Positions 1 to 14,500 of a DNA stretch of 64,000 bases are shown in pieces (position 1 is the first letter of the stretch; each line of letters starts with the position of its first letter). Position numbers and translations under genes: made by a program. Source of the stretch: Balanoglossus misakiensis (Eukaryota; Animalia; Hemichordata). The DNA lies in the NCBI GenBank assembly GCA_040954595.2, contig CM082578.2, positions 8,851,519-8,915,518 on the forward strand, read 5' to 3'. A model generated the notes under the pieces. It was not told where the DNA came from. It made no database searches and was given only the letters and a program-made list of their open reading frames with translations.

Positions 1-57
1 GTCAGAGATTTTTCAACTTTTAAACTGACGACGGACTCCACTTGAAAATCTTCTCAC

Positions 58-220
58 CTGCAGTGAAGACTTCAAAGTGAGTTTGTTGGCCAACAATGAG
101 TCCTGTTGGCTGCAGACCAGGGCCCTTTGCTGAGCACTTCTTGGCATCTCCGGGAACATCAGTCACACTTACTGTGAAGGGGCTCTTAGGGATGTGATTC
201 TTGGAGTACAAGACAATCAC
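58..220 (-). CDS. FLN: Filamin coding exon 6 (Ig repeat 1/2); gene continues beyond the left edge
   Basis: VIVLYSKNHIPKSPFTVSV...DAKKCSAKGPGLQPTG...THFEVFTAG (HIPxSPF and AxGPGL filamin repeat motifs); donor G|GTGAGA. Confidence 0.95.
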
Positions 221-782
221 CTGAGAGCAAAACACAATGTATTTACTTCTGATTACCTGCTCGTTATTCTCTTCTTTGTCACTTTGAGTGTTGGAACAAA
301 CTGGGTGAGATTTGATTCTGGAATAAAAGTTCTAAATACACCAGAAAGCTCCCTGTCTGTATGTCTGTCTGTCTGTACTAAGACACATAGTAGCCTTCTG
401 TTTATGCATCAGGTTGCTGCAAAACACACGGAAATCTACCAGTCGACCTATTAAGTGATGTCTGCTTGGGTAACGGTTACAAACCTGTTACCAAACAATA
501 GGCTGTCGGTACAAGAAACTGATGCCCATAATTTGACACAAATTTGATGAATCATGGCATGGGGCGAGTTGTGTTGTATAATATTACCTACTTTTCTGTG
601 TTGGTATAATCTATATTTATATGGGAGGGGCTGTATGATATCTGTCATGGGAGTGGCATACAATGATTTTAACCATTTCACATGACCCCCCCCCCCCCCC
701 ATATCATACGGGCCAAAACACATCACTGAAAAACAACAAACCAAAATTAATTGTGGCAGAACGAGGTTTCAGCTCAACTCAC

Positions 783-998
783 TTTGTAAGTTCCAGCAAG
801 CTTCGGGGTATAGACAACGGTGTACGTCTTGTTCTTGTCCTTGTTGAAAGTGACCTGGCAGTCTTCGCGTTCTCCTTTGGGGTTCTCAATGGTGACGTCG
901 ACTTTTCCACTGCCGGCGCTGAAAGTCTCAATGGTGAAGCGGGTTGGTTTGGAGACTGCGTTTCCTTCTGGTTCAATACCGGGACCATAAGCACGAAC
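783..998 (-). CDS. FLN: Filamin coding exon 5 (Ig repeat 1)
   Basis: VRAYGPGIEPEGNAVSKPTRFTIETFSAGSGKVDVTIENPKG...KTYTVVYTPKLAGTYK; donor AAA|GTGAGT; 216 nt. Confidence 0.96.
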
Positions 999-1767
999 CT
1001 GCCGACCGGAAAACAAACACCAAGGGGTAAAATCGTATATAACGGAGAGGCTTAAAAATCTAACACACTGAAAATTCAGTTCTTTTATAATAAGCGTTGT
1101 GCTGGAGCATCGATTCATAGACAGAAAATATTTAAGGCTACATATATTCCACACAGACTACTCTCATCATTGGAACCTTCTGTATTTATAACAGAAATTA
1201 AAAGACCCTTTCATAAGTGAATTTTAATAATAAAACCAACTATGAAATCAAATCTCAAATCTATGATATCAACAACGCTTCACGCATCCGCATCTCTACA
1301 AGTTGTGTAAACAGCGCCCCCTTGAGATCAAACCAACATTTTCTTGTGGAGAGTTTCAAGTTCCTGAACCAACTATTTTCCTGAGAGCTCAACAGTGCAC
1401 GTTTCTGTTTCTTTATTTATATTTTTAACCTTGGAGACATTCCTGAGCTTTCCCATTGCATCTGCGGCACTACACACATCCACTATGAGTTAACCCCGCC
1501 TATCCTTCACACACGACTATGGCAAACATTTCAGAAACACTCCTTCAGTCTTGTCAACAGGCAAAAGAGACACTGTTTTCAAGATTGACACTAATTCCTG
1601 TTCAAACACGTTTGAAAATCACTTGAAAGAGAAATTCACACTTTACCATTTGCAGCAAAGGCGTAAACTGTTTCATACTGTTTTGGGAAATGAGATAATT
1701 TGAGTTTTAACGACGTGTGCCTCTGGTTGTCAACACCAGCTCAGGAAAAAACTGGACCGATCCCTAC

Positions 1768-1896
1768 CTTCTTTGCGTTGGAGCGGGGTCTGAGGGGTGC
1801 GTTGGGCTTCAGTTTGGCACTTGGGAATTTGGACAGGTAGGTCATCATACTGAGGTCGTCTACTTTGGGGTTGACCATGTCTTCGGGTCTCAACAC
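1768..1896 (-). CDS. FLN: Filamin coding exon 4 (end of CH2, linker)
   Basis: VLRPEDMVNPKVDDLSMMTYLSKFPSAKLKPNAPLRPRSNAKK; gcag acceptor, AAG|GTAGGG donor; 129 nt, phase 0-0. Confidence 0.96.
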
Positions 1897-4800
1897 CTGC
1901 AAATTGAAGAAGAAGATGAAGAAATGGTGGTAAAATGTCAAGTACAAACATAAAGAACAACGTTTGGGCAACACTGGCTGTAAAAGTAGACATCTTCTAG
2001 GATAGTTACATCATGTACTAATATTTCAAATGAAACAGCATTGATTTCACAAGCAAGAGAGATAGACACATTTCAAGCTACAAAATACAGATGACAGGAA
2101 CACACAAAGACATTGCGATAGGAATTAGTGCCAAGGGGAAAGGTGGGATGAAGGAAGACATGGATTATGAGTGATGTCATGCCAATAAACAGATGAACAA
2201 CATGGGATTTCAAAGACCAAAGTGTTGGTGTGTTTAACTGTCCACAAGCTGGGACCATTCAGTCACAGAATATACAGAAGCAAAACTTGGATACAAAGAT
2301 GTTTTCACAATGCATTATTGTGCAGTTAAATTGTCTTCACGTAGACCTAACAATGTAACATATGATTACAGGAATGTCCTGTCAGGGGCTGAAATACTAA
2401 TTATGACGTGTACATCTGTATCTTGAGAAAGTTGCCTTTCAACTCAATAATATTTTATTTTAGGTCGTCTAAGTCAGAACAGAGTTGAGGAACATGTTGG
2501 GGTCAGGTCACAGGGCAAGCGATCTTTGTTTTCTCAGCGTCTAGCTCAACTTTCATCAGTGCCAGCATTTGTTCCAATATTTATAAAAGGAATCCAAGAG
2601 TGGAGCATCAAGTAATAGGATTTTCTGACAACATACTAACCGTGTTTAACCCTTTCACCCCCAATCCCTCCTTAGATTTTAGATGGTTGTTCTTATGTTA
2701 AATTCAAAAATCTACCATTCCGTAATTTTACACTTTTAAGCTTGCATACAAACTGTACATGCACCTCATAATTAGCAAACAACTGCATTTCAAAATTCAT
2801 AACAATACAGAGAGCGGCTTTTACTGTGGATCCAGTTCGAAAAAACAGCCGAACTTGGAACCACTTGACCTTTGCACTCTCGCCAATTTACACCGGGGTT
2901 AAGTTATCATCTGATATCTTGTTTCAGTTTTAAAATTGAATCTCAGGATACCAAGGTGTCAATTTCCTGCCAGTGAAATATCTGTATATACTAATGAAGA
3001 AGAATGCTTCAGACACCAACGACTTCAGCAAAGCAAATGTAACCCACGTTTGCTAGAATCATTTTAAAATTTACTTTAACAATTTAAAAATCTATGGCGG
3101 ATGCGCATAGATTTGTGGGAATTATTTGATGAAATAAACAAAAAAATTAAAACGGTAGCTATTTCGGTGTCATATTTAAAGTTCTGCAGGCCACACCCTT
3201 GCATATCAGACCCGAGTTTCGAGAGACGCTAAAATGATTAGCCAGGGGAATCACGATGCAGTGTGGTGAGAAGCTTTCCATAGCCGTGGGTGGCAAATCT
3301 CACATTGGTGGAGTCCACATACCAAGCTGCTTGGTACATGATACACGACAGCACCGTTCAGGTTTCTACGACTTAATATTCTGATATGACAAATCGGCAG
3401 ACTGAAAACACAGAGGCTTGACTTGTACACCTCGCGAACAGAGAATTGTTTGTCGCGTGTAATAGAAGTACCTACAGTCAGAATTGCTGTCCTCTCTTGT
3501 GGGTTAAAAGGGAAGACAGCGGAGGACATTGTGCTCTGAAACTGTACACTGGCTACGACTACTTGCAAACGGGGTCTTTACCCCAGCTAGAGTTTAAATT
3601 GCAACGACACACAGCACCAGCGATCAATGTATTTTTAATATTGCAATACACATTTTTCTGAGGACAGACAATGTTGAGAAATAAAACTGCATATCAATTT
3701 CATGACTTTATTTTAAATTGACATCTAAGAGTTGACATGCTTTCGGATGCACTTTTTGTCACGTACAATATGTAGCCGTTTTGATATCCACATAGAAATC
3801 CTCTACGTCTATCTGAAACAAGAGAAGCACGGAGATTTTTTTTTGATATATACCAATCCCTGTGGATATGCCTCATCACAGTCCCGAATGGTTAGATTCC
3901 ATGATCTATAGAGTGGTGTTTTGAGGGGCAGTTACAATGCCTAATCGATGGAAAATAAGGAGGTGACACCAATCACAATTCTTTTCAAAATTATATGACT
4001 TTCAGTTTGAGTGTGACCTCAACAAACAATGAACTGAAGGCCAGCTTCTGTCAAGCTGAAGGCAAAAAAAATAGTTAAATGGAAGTATTGTGATCATGTG
4101 ACCTCGCATTCCACGGAGGATTTTTTTTTTTTTTTCAAAATCTGGTCGCCAGTGGCAAAGGATGTTCTGTACAAGAGCGAGCTTTGCTGAGTATGCGGAT
4201 CTAACATGGCCAGGCGTATAAATATTTAGTCTGCCAAGGTTGCCACCTCCTGCAGACAAGCGAGTGTCCCCTTGTCAACTAAGTACACGGTGTTTACAAG
4301 CAGCACGCCATCAAGGTGAAGTTCACTTGTAAAGGTCGCGCTGCGGTACATCGATATAGTTCATTGCAGTGTTTAATGAACCTTAAAATGCCAATTCCCT
4401 GGGGAGGGCTCGCTTACAATTGGTTGGCCTCACTGGCTATTAGAAAGTGGGACTCTGGGGGGCTGGGCACGCACTGATGGAGGGGAAACTCCTGAAACTA
4501 CATGATGTACATAAAAAAATACCACAACCTTGGGTTCACCGAGACTGTGCTGCTTTCAGATGTCACCGATATGTCAACCACCATGTTTGACGACGTGTAA
4601 GGTTTGATACGAGAGTTCAACAAGTAAAAGTTCAGCGGTCTCTTTTCCCCTGGAAAATGGGCAAGGAAGACAAGCTTTGCCGAGACACCGCATGCCAGAG
4701 ATACAACTGAGCCCCAGAAGACATGCAGCCGACCGTGCTGCTGGTGTCTGGTCATTGACATACAAACTGGGTGAATGCAAACAGCATGCATGGTGCAGCC

Positions 4801-7800
4801 ACTACAGCCAGAATTCAATCAATCACTTTTGTTTTAGCAAAATCCTTCAAACACATCAGTTTGGAAAATAATCAAATCATCTAACCTAGGTGTCAACAGA
4901 CACCGGATATCAACTGAACAGTGAAGATCTTGGCATGCACCCATTTCATACTTGACATTAAATTTACTGCCAGCCTGGGAAATCTTGATCAAGAGGCTCA
5001 AACTCTGCCACGACACAGATTCTCAGATCTCACTCGGTCACTAGTGACATTTCCGATGGCAACGCGGTCCATTTTAAACAAGGCAGTGGTGTCCTCGATA
5101 TCAATTTACACACACAACAACTACAAGATGGCCGAGCGAGATGGCACCCTGGATTTTAATACACTTCATGCAACAAGCTCTGTGGTCGTGTACCATGACT
5201 GCAAGATTTAATATCACTCTGTCAGTGTCTGTCTCCACACATCAATCAGTCATCGGATCAAAACACATATATTACCAATGACTTATTGGTCGTCAAGAGT
5301 TTTGTGTGAGCATGCAGACATCATCAGATATTTGAGGACAATCCTGCCATTAAAAAAAAGTCAGCTGACATTCTTGACCAAATATGGAAATTGTCCTTCC
5401 GAGGGTTCGTCTGGTGGACCAGATGCAGTGGTCTCGTGGTGTCTTATTTTCTGAGCTGATTTTCATTTTTTAAAAACAGAGGATATATTCATGTGTAGGG
5501 TTTTACATTCTCTCACAATCTCAAGTTTGCTAATCGGGCGCACACTGACTCCCCTCCCAACAGAAAACAGAGCTGACATGGCAATGCATAGCGAAGCTAG
5601 TACTTGGCTTGACCAGCTGAACTAGTTGAATAGTCAGAAAGTTATTTGACTAGCTGAAGGGGCAGCTGAGAGAAAGAGCCTACCCTGGGGTGCAAACTTT
5701 GAGGACATCATCGAAAACCCTCAGAATCCTTCAACAAAATCACTGCTTTAGAGGAATATTCGCAAACGTCAATCATCAAACAACACGACAGCTTCCAACA
5801 AAAAGGCGACAATCACAATGTTCTATACTGGTATATTAGATTACACAAAATTGTCCACAATATTAGATTACACAAAACCATGGGAATATTTTATAACATT
5901 TATGTTCGATGTGAATGTTTACACCAGAAATATGGCATGTAAACAATTTCCAGGCATGCTGAGAGGAAGTAAAATATGCCTCAGGGGTTAAAAATATATT
6001 ATTTAAAAAAAACTTAAGCAAACTTTACAGTTTTTATTAAAAATTGGCTTATTTTTAAATTGGATTTGATATCAAATTATATAAAAGCATTATAATAGAT
6101 ACATGTATGTCTTTTTCAATATCCTAATTTCTCTTTTTCTGCAAATAGATCAGGGAAAACGCCTGGATTAATCACTCTCGATTCATAACCTGAATATCAG
6201 TCAACAACTAGAACATGGTGTCCTTTTCACAAACTGGACAGAGATGACAAGTGAGCAGGCTTGTCAAAAGACCTAGGTGATTGACAGGACAACAATTAAG
6301 GCACAAAGCAGGGTGTTATCATCTCAGAGACCAAAGCTTCTTTACAGCAAGTGGTTTTGCTTGCAGTGATCTCAACAATGGATACTGTAACAGAAGAATA
6401 AGCCAGGCCTCACCACAACTCCCTGTTAACTGTTAAAGCTAATCGGATTTGACAAGGCTTGCGTCACTTGTCTGACACAGGTTTCACCCCAGACATTCCG
6501 GTTTAGTTCTTGCTTTTGTTTTTTTTTCTTTGCATGTCTATCACGCATTACAATTGCAGAGATACAAATGGCCGTCATCTTAATTTCAAAACAGTCCAGC
6601 ACCAGCATTTTGTTCTCCAGGGTTCCTCGCAGAGTGAATTTGACAGGAAGTGACCAAAAACATCTCCATCATTTATGATAATCCTTGGTGTGAGTGTAAT
6701 TGAGATAAACATGACTACATAAATATACTTTCATACTCAACACTACCATACTACCAAAAAACATGCCATTTTTTTCTTTCACCCTGCATTCTGCAGTGCA
6801 TATCTTTGTCTGCAAGGAAAGAAAGTTGCAATGCCCATCAAAATGCCCTTCATCACCATTCCTAATCAAATTTTGCACAATTTGTATTCATTGTGCTATT
6901 ATTAGTATGTGATCATCTGGACTCATTTTGTTGGGATTTTTAACAACTCCTTCCAAAGTCTCCAGATTTGGCAGTTGAACTGGGCAAAGTGGTGACATGA
7001 GAGAGACAAGGTCATGATTAATGGATGCAATGACCTAGCCCATCTGTTCACTGAGGTCACCAATTCTGACACACTGAGGTCTCTAACCAAACAAACAAAC
7101 TAACAGAGGCCTATAGGATCACACAGACAGCTGCCACGAACAGGGCTACACTGGAACTATCTAAAGTATGCAAGCAAATTTACACTCACAACAGCTGTAG
7201 GGTTGAAGACAAGGACTTTCAGATGGAAACCCTGCACAGAGTTCGTGAACATTTTCTGACACTGATTAAAAATGTCTTTTAAAGTATAACATTAGATTTA
7301 GGTGCTGCACATTTTTTATTTCAAACAAGAGCCTGTCCGATATTTCACGACCAGCAGTAATTTATGGACCATTGATTGGCTGTCTGTCTGTCTGTCTACA
7401 TGGCATATATCCATTCTCAAAATTACACAGAAAAATAATGATGAAGGCTATTTTGTCAAGTATATAATATGCATCAAAAGGGCACCATAAATTTCATATG
7501 ACTTTTTCCGAGACAGCGAAAAATTTTATGACATAAACAGGATAAGCCTGTGTGATGTTAGAGGCTTCACACGTCACTGCCATAGCAACGTGATATTGCA
7601 TAAAATATGTCTTGAGTTCGTAGGATCAACAAATAATATTTGGCTTTTGCAATATCAGAAGATATCTCTCATTGAGGTTGCTCCCTGGAGACAGTTTTGG
7701 CTGGGTTTTGATTTCTAATCATTAAAAGATTGCATTTCGATGCCTCCGCTTCAAAATTGGCCTGAAAGCTCAAAAAATCACTTCAGCAAGATTTTATGAT

Positions 7801-8035
7801 TACAATTTGGTTAGGAATAATTACTGTGAGATCACTCATTTCAATACTGATATTTGCTTTTTAACGAACAGGTATTCATTTTTAAGGGAGAAATACAGTT
7901 TTTCTTTTCCTCACATACAGTTTAGTATATGGAGAAACGTTTCAATTAATTGTGAGTAGAGCGAGAAGGATGTAGGAAGGGGATGGGTGTGGTGGAGGAT
8001 GGAGAGTGGTCGACATGACAACACTTGTGACTGAC

Positions 8036-8133
8036 CTGTGGCACATCCAGCCAGTCTTCTGCTGCCTTCATGGCTTCTCGTGCGTTATCCAAAGCACTAG
8101 CTGGATCCCAGTCTTCCCAATCAGGACACAGAC
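8036..8133 (-). CDS. FLN: Filamin coding exon 3 (CH2)
   Basis: ccag|GT CTG: [33 protein letters not shown]; donor CAG|GTCAGT. Confidence 0.96.
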
Positions 8134-8330
8134 CTGGAAGCAATCAAAAGTTAAAAACTTCATTTCAATCCAAAATCAAGTGTTCAGAACATTTGCGGGC
8201 ATAGAAATCATTTTTGTTTTTAGCAAATGGATATGAAATGCATTATTATGGCCTTATTTAATTCTTCTTGCGAAAGAATTTGCTTTTGTGTAGGGGTGAA
8301 AGATCAAAGGTTACAGGTCAGGGTGCCTAC

Positions 8331-8588
8331 CAGGAGCCACAGCATCTACCAGAGCACCGATGGCTCGGCCATCATTCCAGTCGGTGGTGAAGTTCTTGAT
8401 GGGATTATCGGGGAGTTTGCTGTTGATCCATCCCATGAGCCTCTCCTTGGGAGTCGGCTGTCGGCCACGTTCTGTGGGTGCCTCATCCTCATCCTCCCAC
8501 ATGGGCATACTGATGGAGTAGTGCAAGATGAGGGTCCATATCAGACCCAGAATCAGTTTCATGCGACCATCGACAATATCACCAGAAT
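8331..8588 (-). CDS. FLN: Filamin coding exon 2 (end of CH1, start of CH2)
   Basis: acag|AT TCT: [31 protein letters not shown]...[10 protein letters not shown]...[22 protein letters not shown]; donor G|GTAGGC; phase matches exon 1. Confidence 0.97.
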
Positions 8589-11500
8589 CTGTACAAAAGA
8601 AGAGGGGGAAAAAAGAAATATATTTTGAGAATCGATAAACGAGATGCGATAAGCCGACTACAACACAATGAATCAGTAAAATTTAAAAACAATATTACTG
8701 CTGGATACAAAGAGCATAATGCTTACAAAGGCTTAATCATTTTATCGAAACATTAAGGACAGTTTATTTCTGAAAACATTCAGAGAAATAGAGATGATCT
8801 ACATGCAGATCTTCTGACAGATCATCTTGTGTGACAATGTGACAGCGCCCTCATCCTCTGCTCCGCGAAGCAGTTCAAACAGATGGCCATCATGTAAAAG
8901 AGATCTTGTACAATTCAACACCAATGTACACATATCATATGGTACTTTGGGTTCAATTATATTTGCTCACAACGATAAATTTACAACCTGACAAATTGTG
9001 GCCAAAATCTTTACTGTTACCAAGATCTGTTCAATTTAACAACTATTAAACAACCTTGTCATGACAATTTGAAACACCACTGCAAAGGCAAATTCAGAGA
9101 TTTTGAAAAGCAAATGGCCATGTTGTACTTGGTGGCATTTGAAAACCAACAAAAGGAAAACATCAACGTATGGCCAATTTATACAAATGTTTATATACAA
9201 CTACAAGTGGGCGGGGTGCATTGCACTGAGAAATCCTGGCCATGTGACATTGGTGAGCTGTTCTGACGATTTCTGTACAACCTCTCTCATTCACACTGCA
9301 TATTACTACAAATTTTTACCACACACTACCAGCCCCTTTTTATAGATGACCATGTTTACTATGGAGGCATATAATGATGCCACCCGATGGCTATTTTTGG
9401 TATCCCCATTGAAGGCTATGTAGGACACAGTTGTTAACTAAAAGGTAGTCTGTCATATTTTCATCTCTGCTGCACTATAACAAGTAGTACTCAATACAAT
9501 TTTTTCCTAAAAAGGTATATGCTTATGACCCCAACTTTTCTGCATGACAGTTTATTCATCATGTAATTTTCTCTCCTTTTCAAAAATATTTTGGGTGTGA
9601 GGGAAAAACAACTGACCCAGAACAAGTGCCCTGCACACAAGCCCTATGTCAGGAACACAATGAACACCTCATGTATGGAGCATCCAGCTTGACGGCTTGA
9701 GAGTCTAGTCTGACTGTCAAGTCCATTAATTTTGTTGTTTTTGTTTTTGGGTGTTTTTGGGTGGGATTTAATGACAGAATTTTTCATGGCACGTGCTCAT
9801 CTCCTAAAATGATAAAACTTATAGAGATTTTCCCCCATCCTGTCACCAGCTTGTCTGGAATGAGTTTCAGATGTCCTCCACACATATGTTAGATCCATAA
9901 GGTTTTTGTGTGTGGTAATATTATAGGTTTTGGCTACATTCAAAACTCTCAGATTTTACAGCATCATATGTGGCTATCCAACTGCACACAAAGTTTCAGG
10001 GCCCCACTGTACCCTTTGACTGCCCCCCAAAGGATATCATGTAGCCAAACTCACTCCAATTCCATGCAGCTGATTTTTTCAACACAAGTTGATCACAGAG
10101 AACTGTTACCAGAGGAATTTCCGAATTTTAACAAGTATTTGATGTGTAATAATATCATCCTTACTCAACAACTGCATATATCAGTCATTTTCATGTACAA
10201 TAACCTGTGAAAAGGTTTGTTTTTGTCATATTTTTCCTTTTACTTTTTCTTTCAAAGACAGGCTCTATACAATGCTATGGACAAAACAACTACAATGTAA
10301 TGAACATAAAACGGTTTTATGACATGTTCGGTTTGCAAAACAATTAGCGCAATCAAAGACCGGAAAATAACAAAAAGCTTTTGATGTGGTGATGACGTCT
10401 AAAACTTATTATTTAATCGCAATAAAATTCACAAACAAATTTGCTTCCTGAGCACAAAGTCTGTACGCATGCAAATCCACCACAATAATAGAGGAAACAG
10501 GTGTAAGCCTGCACGGAACAACTGTTTACCTTCAACGAAGTTATGACAAGCTAAATACATTATCATATGTGGTGCAAAAGCAAAGTCTGATCTAGATCTC
10601 CTGGCTGCTCGTGTCAGCAACATTACAAGGAAACCTTCGAAGCAATCAATAATGGGAGAACATTAAAGCTGTGATGAAGGATACCCCTCCCCCCCCCCCA
10701 CACACACACATCATTTCATCAAGGTGCAAGTGGCTGTAAAATGTTGTCTTTCTCCACGCCATTGGCAAACTAACAACAAACAGTATCACATCAAACACCA
10801 ATCACGTTTCTCCCTTCAGAGTATGTCCAAGCACAATAAATCAACAGATGAGAATTCTCAATAATTTATTACCCATCAATCAAATTTTAGAACCGAATTC
10901 GCGACAAGTAACGCGAGTTTTCAAACTAGGTTCATGACAAGTGGCACACTTTCAACAGCTTACGACAACTGGTGATCATAAACTTCCCCTATGCAAAAAA
11001 TGTTGCAATATCTGTCAATCTGAGGTCAAGTAAACTAATCAGTTGGTCTGGATTGCCAAATCTACTGTGAATGTGTTTTCTTAGTTCTGCCATTTGCCAA
11101 ATCTCTTCTGCACCATTTGTTTGCAGATGTCTGACTTAGCTCTCCAGCGATTGGCCGACTACCGATGACATCACAGGGTTCGCAGAGGGTCCCGACCTGC
11201 CAAGAATGCGAACCATTCCGAACCCTCGGGGAAAAGGGACTGCCTTGTCCATTCCCTGCGACTTGCTCTTTTCATAAACCCCACCACAGTACACAAACAC
11301 ACACTGCGGTGATTCATGCCAGTGCAACTCAACAATACCACAGATGCATATTTTTCTCCCCCCAACTCTGTCACCTCACCCCTGCAACAGAATTTAACTA
11401 CCCACCATAAAAAATCTCCAGCATTAAAAACCTTTTGTGATCTGAGCTCAGAAAACCGATCTTTGTGGCATGCTATCAAATTCTTTTAATGGTGGACTAG

Positions 11501-14500
11501 CTAAAACAGGACTACATGCGGACGGTGTTTATTTTCATCCTCCACAGTTTCTCAGTTTGTTTCTGGAGATGAGGACAACCGACCTCTGACCTTACGTGGC
11601 ATTATGGACTTCGGATCCTTCAATTAGTTTCACATGAATGGGTTCACACTTTCCCTGGATGGAGTTACTCTCAATATCCTCTCCGTTCACCCACACTACT
11701 TCAATCCCACTACATCATCTCACTATAGAAAAATTCAGATTCAATTTAAATTGAATCACATATACCAGGCTGGCATATGTTCCTGGTTATTCCGTGACAA
11801 GTTTTCTGATCCCGGATCTGATACAGGAAAGAGATGTTCGTTACTATCCTGGATGCGGTTTGTCAAAAAAAGCCTCCCACTCGGTCGATCAAACTGCATA
11901 GTTTAGTCGGATGATTCAATTTTAAAGCATCCACAGCCAGTTACACATTTCTACATTTGACATTTTCAAATATTTTGGCAAACACACACTGAATAATGTG
12001 TTCCTATGTTCCATATATGGCTATAATCTCAGCATCAGCATGAGGATGAATTTTGTGGTTATATCTGCCCGGCTCTGCGTGCTGTTTTATCGGAATGGCA
12101 ACAGCTGTCATCAAAAATGAAGAGCTTTGGGTATTTACTCTGACAGTGACCATGTATGCTGACTTATTTATCATTTATAATGATGAATGGGTTTTGTTAA
12201 GTCTGCTCTGGGAAAGAAATAACAGTCAGTCCACCACAATTTACCTTAACATAGAAACATTTCAAGATCTTTACAAAGAAGACAAAAAAAATAACTTTTC
12301 AGAAAATTTAAATGTAAAACAGGTGGACTACACAAAGGCCCAGAGACCTTGCCTCACAAATGTCGGCCATGACGAACAACATCCAAAGGATGATGGATAG
12401 TTGAAGTTCAAGGGTCAGAAAGTTGCAACATCTCTTCAAGGCAGTGGTGCCCATAAACTGTGTGACATCTTGTATTATATGCCCTGAAACCTGGCATCAG
12501 ATGTCAAGAGGTTAATTTATACTCTTCTTGTGTGGTGGTCCAAAGACAATTTGCCCGGCTGACCCATCCTTTGTGGAATGAATGTGATGTGGCTAGGTTT
12601 TTTAATACGGGCTATTAAAACTACACTGACACTTGTCAAATCCAAGACTTTCCCAGATGGTCATATCAATGTATTGTGCTTTTCGTCAGAGCTCTTTATT
12701 GCATGGACATGCTTGCATACACTGGCAATCATATTCCAAACGTCAATCTTTTGTCTAGGCAAAATTTAATTATAATTGTTTATTATGTATCATGAGATGC
12801 ATTTTGTATTCTTGCATGCAAGTTTTTAATGCAACAATCACTACCGGTACTTCCATTTAGGGTGATACACCATTGTTTTCTTCACAGCATTGTAGATTAA
12901 TTATGCCACCTTATGTAACACTAACATCATAACAGACAATGGGTTGAAATAACAATAGGACACAATAGTACGGCCATCTAGGGTACAGAGAGTTAGAGTG
13001 TCTTCCACACATTTTATCAAGATACAAGGAAACTTCATGTCACAGCACATTAAAATTGTCAAAAGCATAGAGTGTGTCAGGCTGAATTTGGTTGCAAGAT
13101 GTAGTATATGTTTCCCTGCCCATAACACTTGTACATCTGGTAGGAACTAGAGGCGACTTTAGAAAGAGACGTCAGTTTTGCTTTAGCAATATTCACGCTA
13201 ACACTGAGCCAGTTCAAAGTGATCAATAGTTGGGCAGAGGGCTAAGACATGCATCCATGCCACAAACACCTGAGGTTAACACCTGAGGTTCATGACATTT
13301 CTTGCAAGAGGAAACCTGAGGCACTGCAACTGTAGATGTCAATATTTTGAATGATTCCCTTTGATCATTCTTTTTTTACACAAACTCTATGCTTTGTATG
13401 ACTGTATTTGCAGGTAACTGGACACTGTTATTCATACAAACATCAACAACTGGCAGGTCTTGACCTCTTTCAAATCATGTTTATTCAAAAACAGACCCCC
13501 TCAATAAAAGGTGTGAACTGACCATATTAACACCCACTTGATAGTCTTGAAGGTGATAATTCATGGCTTTTGTAGGTGCTAATTACATGCAAAGAACTGC
13601 TACACCAACATGATATTGCCACACCACTGCATGGGCCCATCTCCGGTGCTCTCATGAGGCTCTCAGTGACTGGTCATTTTGTTATGCTTCTCTGTCTGCG
13701 AGACTGGTTTTTGAATTTGACCAACAGGTGTGTGGAAGTTATAACCTCTGAGATGTAGTCGCTTTCTGAATCCTGTCATAGTCAATTTTGTAAGCTATAC
13801 ATGTAGGTAGTGTCAAATACTTGTGCATTCAGAATGGCTGACAGATATGGTTTATTCCCAGCAAGTAGAACTGTCTATGGTTTATTTCTTTATATTTCTT
13901 TACTAGGCCAGCCTTTGAATTCAAGCACGTTTACGGGATACTCTATGGCCAATCTATTATGCATAATTGATTTTGAATAATGTTTATGTTGTGGTTAACA
14001 GTTTACACTCTGCTGGCAGCCTGTTCAAGCACATCAATTATTTAGCGGGTACATAGCAAGATTACACAATGCTCTTTAAAATAAAGGGCAATAAAGGTGT
14101 AGATAGGTAATCACACTGCTTTAACTCAGAGTATGCCATCAAATCCTATTTTAATTTCAATGCTTTATTTTAGTTTTCAACAATGACACATGCTAACAAA
14201 ATTGACCACTCCCTTCTGTGAAAAACATACTAGGTGCGATCTGCAGAGCGATGATGAAGGGCCAGCATTTTTTTCGGTGGAAGGACCCTGGACACTGCCC
14301 AGCATCGCATGCACTGTAGTGATAATCCCATGGGAAACACAGTTTGACCTGAGCTGGGGGGTTGGACTGGTAAACTGAGCATTCACCATCAGTTGACCGG
14401 ACACATTTGAATACATGTTTATGTCGGCTCTTTGTGGTTTTGAATTTCCCTTTGAATGGTGTTCTGCTATTTTCATCAGGCTGCGTGTAGAGTGTATGTT

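Noticed and set aside
4530-4584. aacATG-initiated MVVDISVTSESSTVS as an internal filamin first exon
   Set aside because: Only weak donors are available in the required phase 0.
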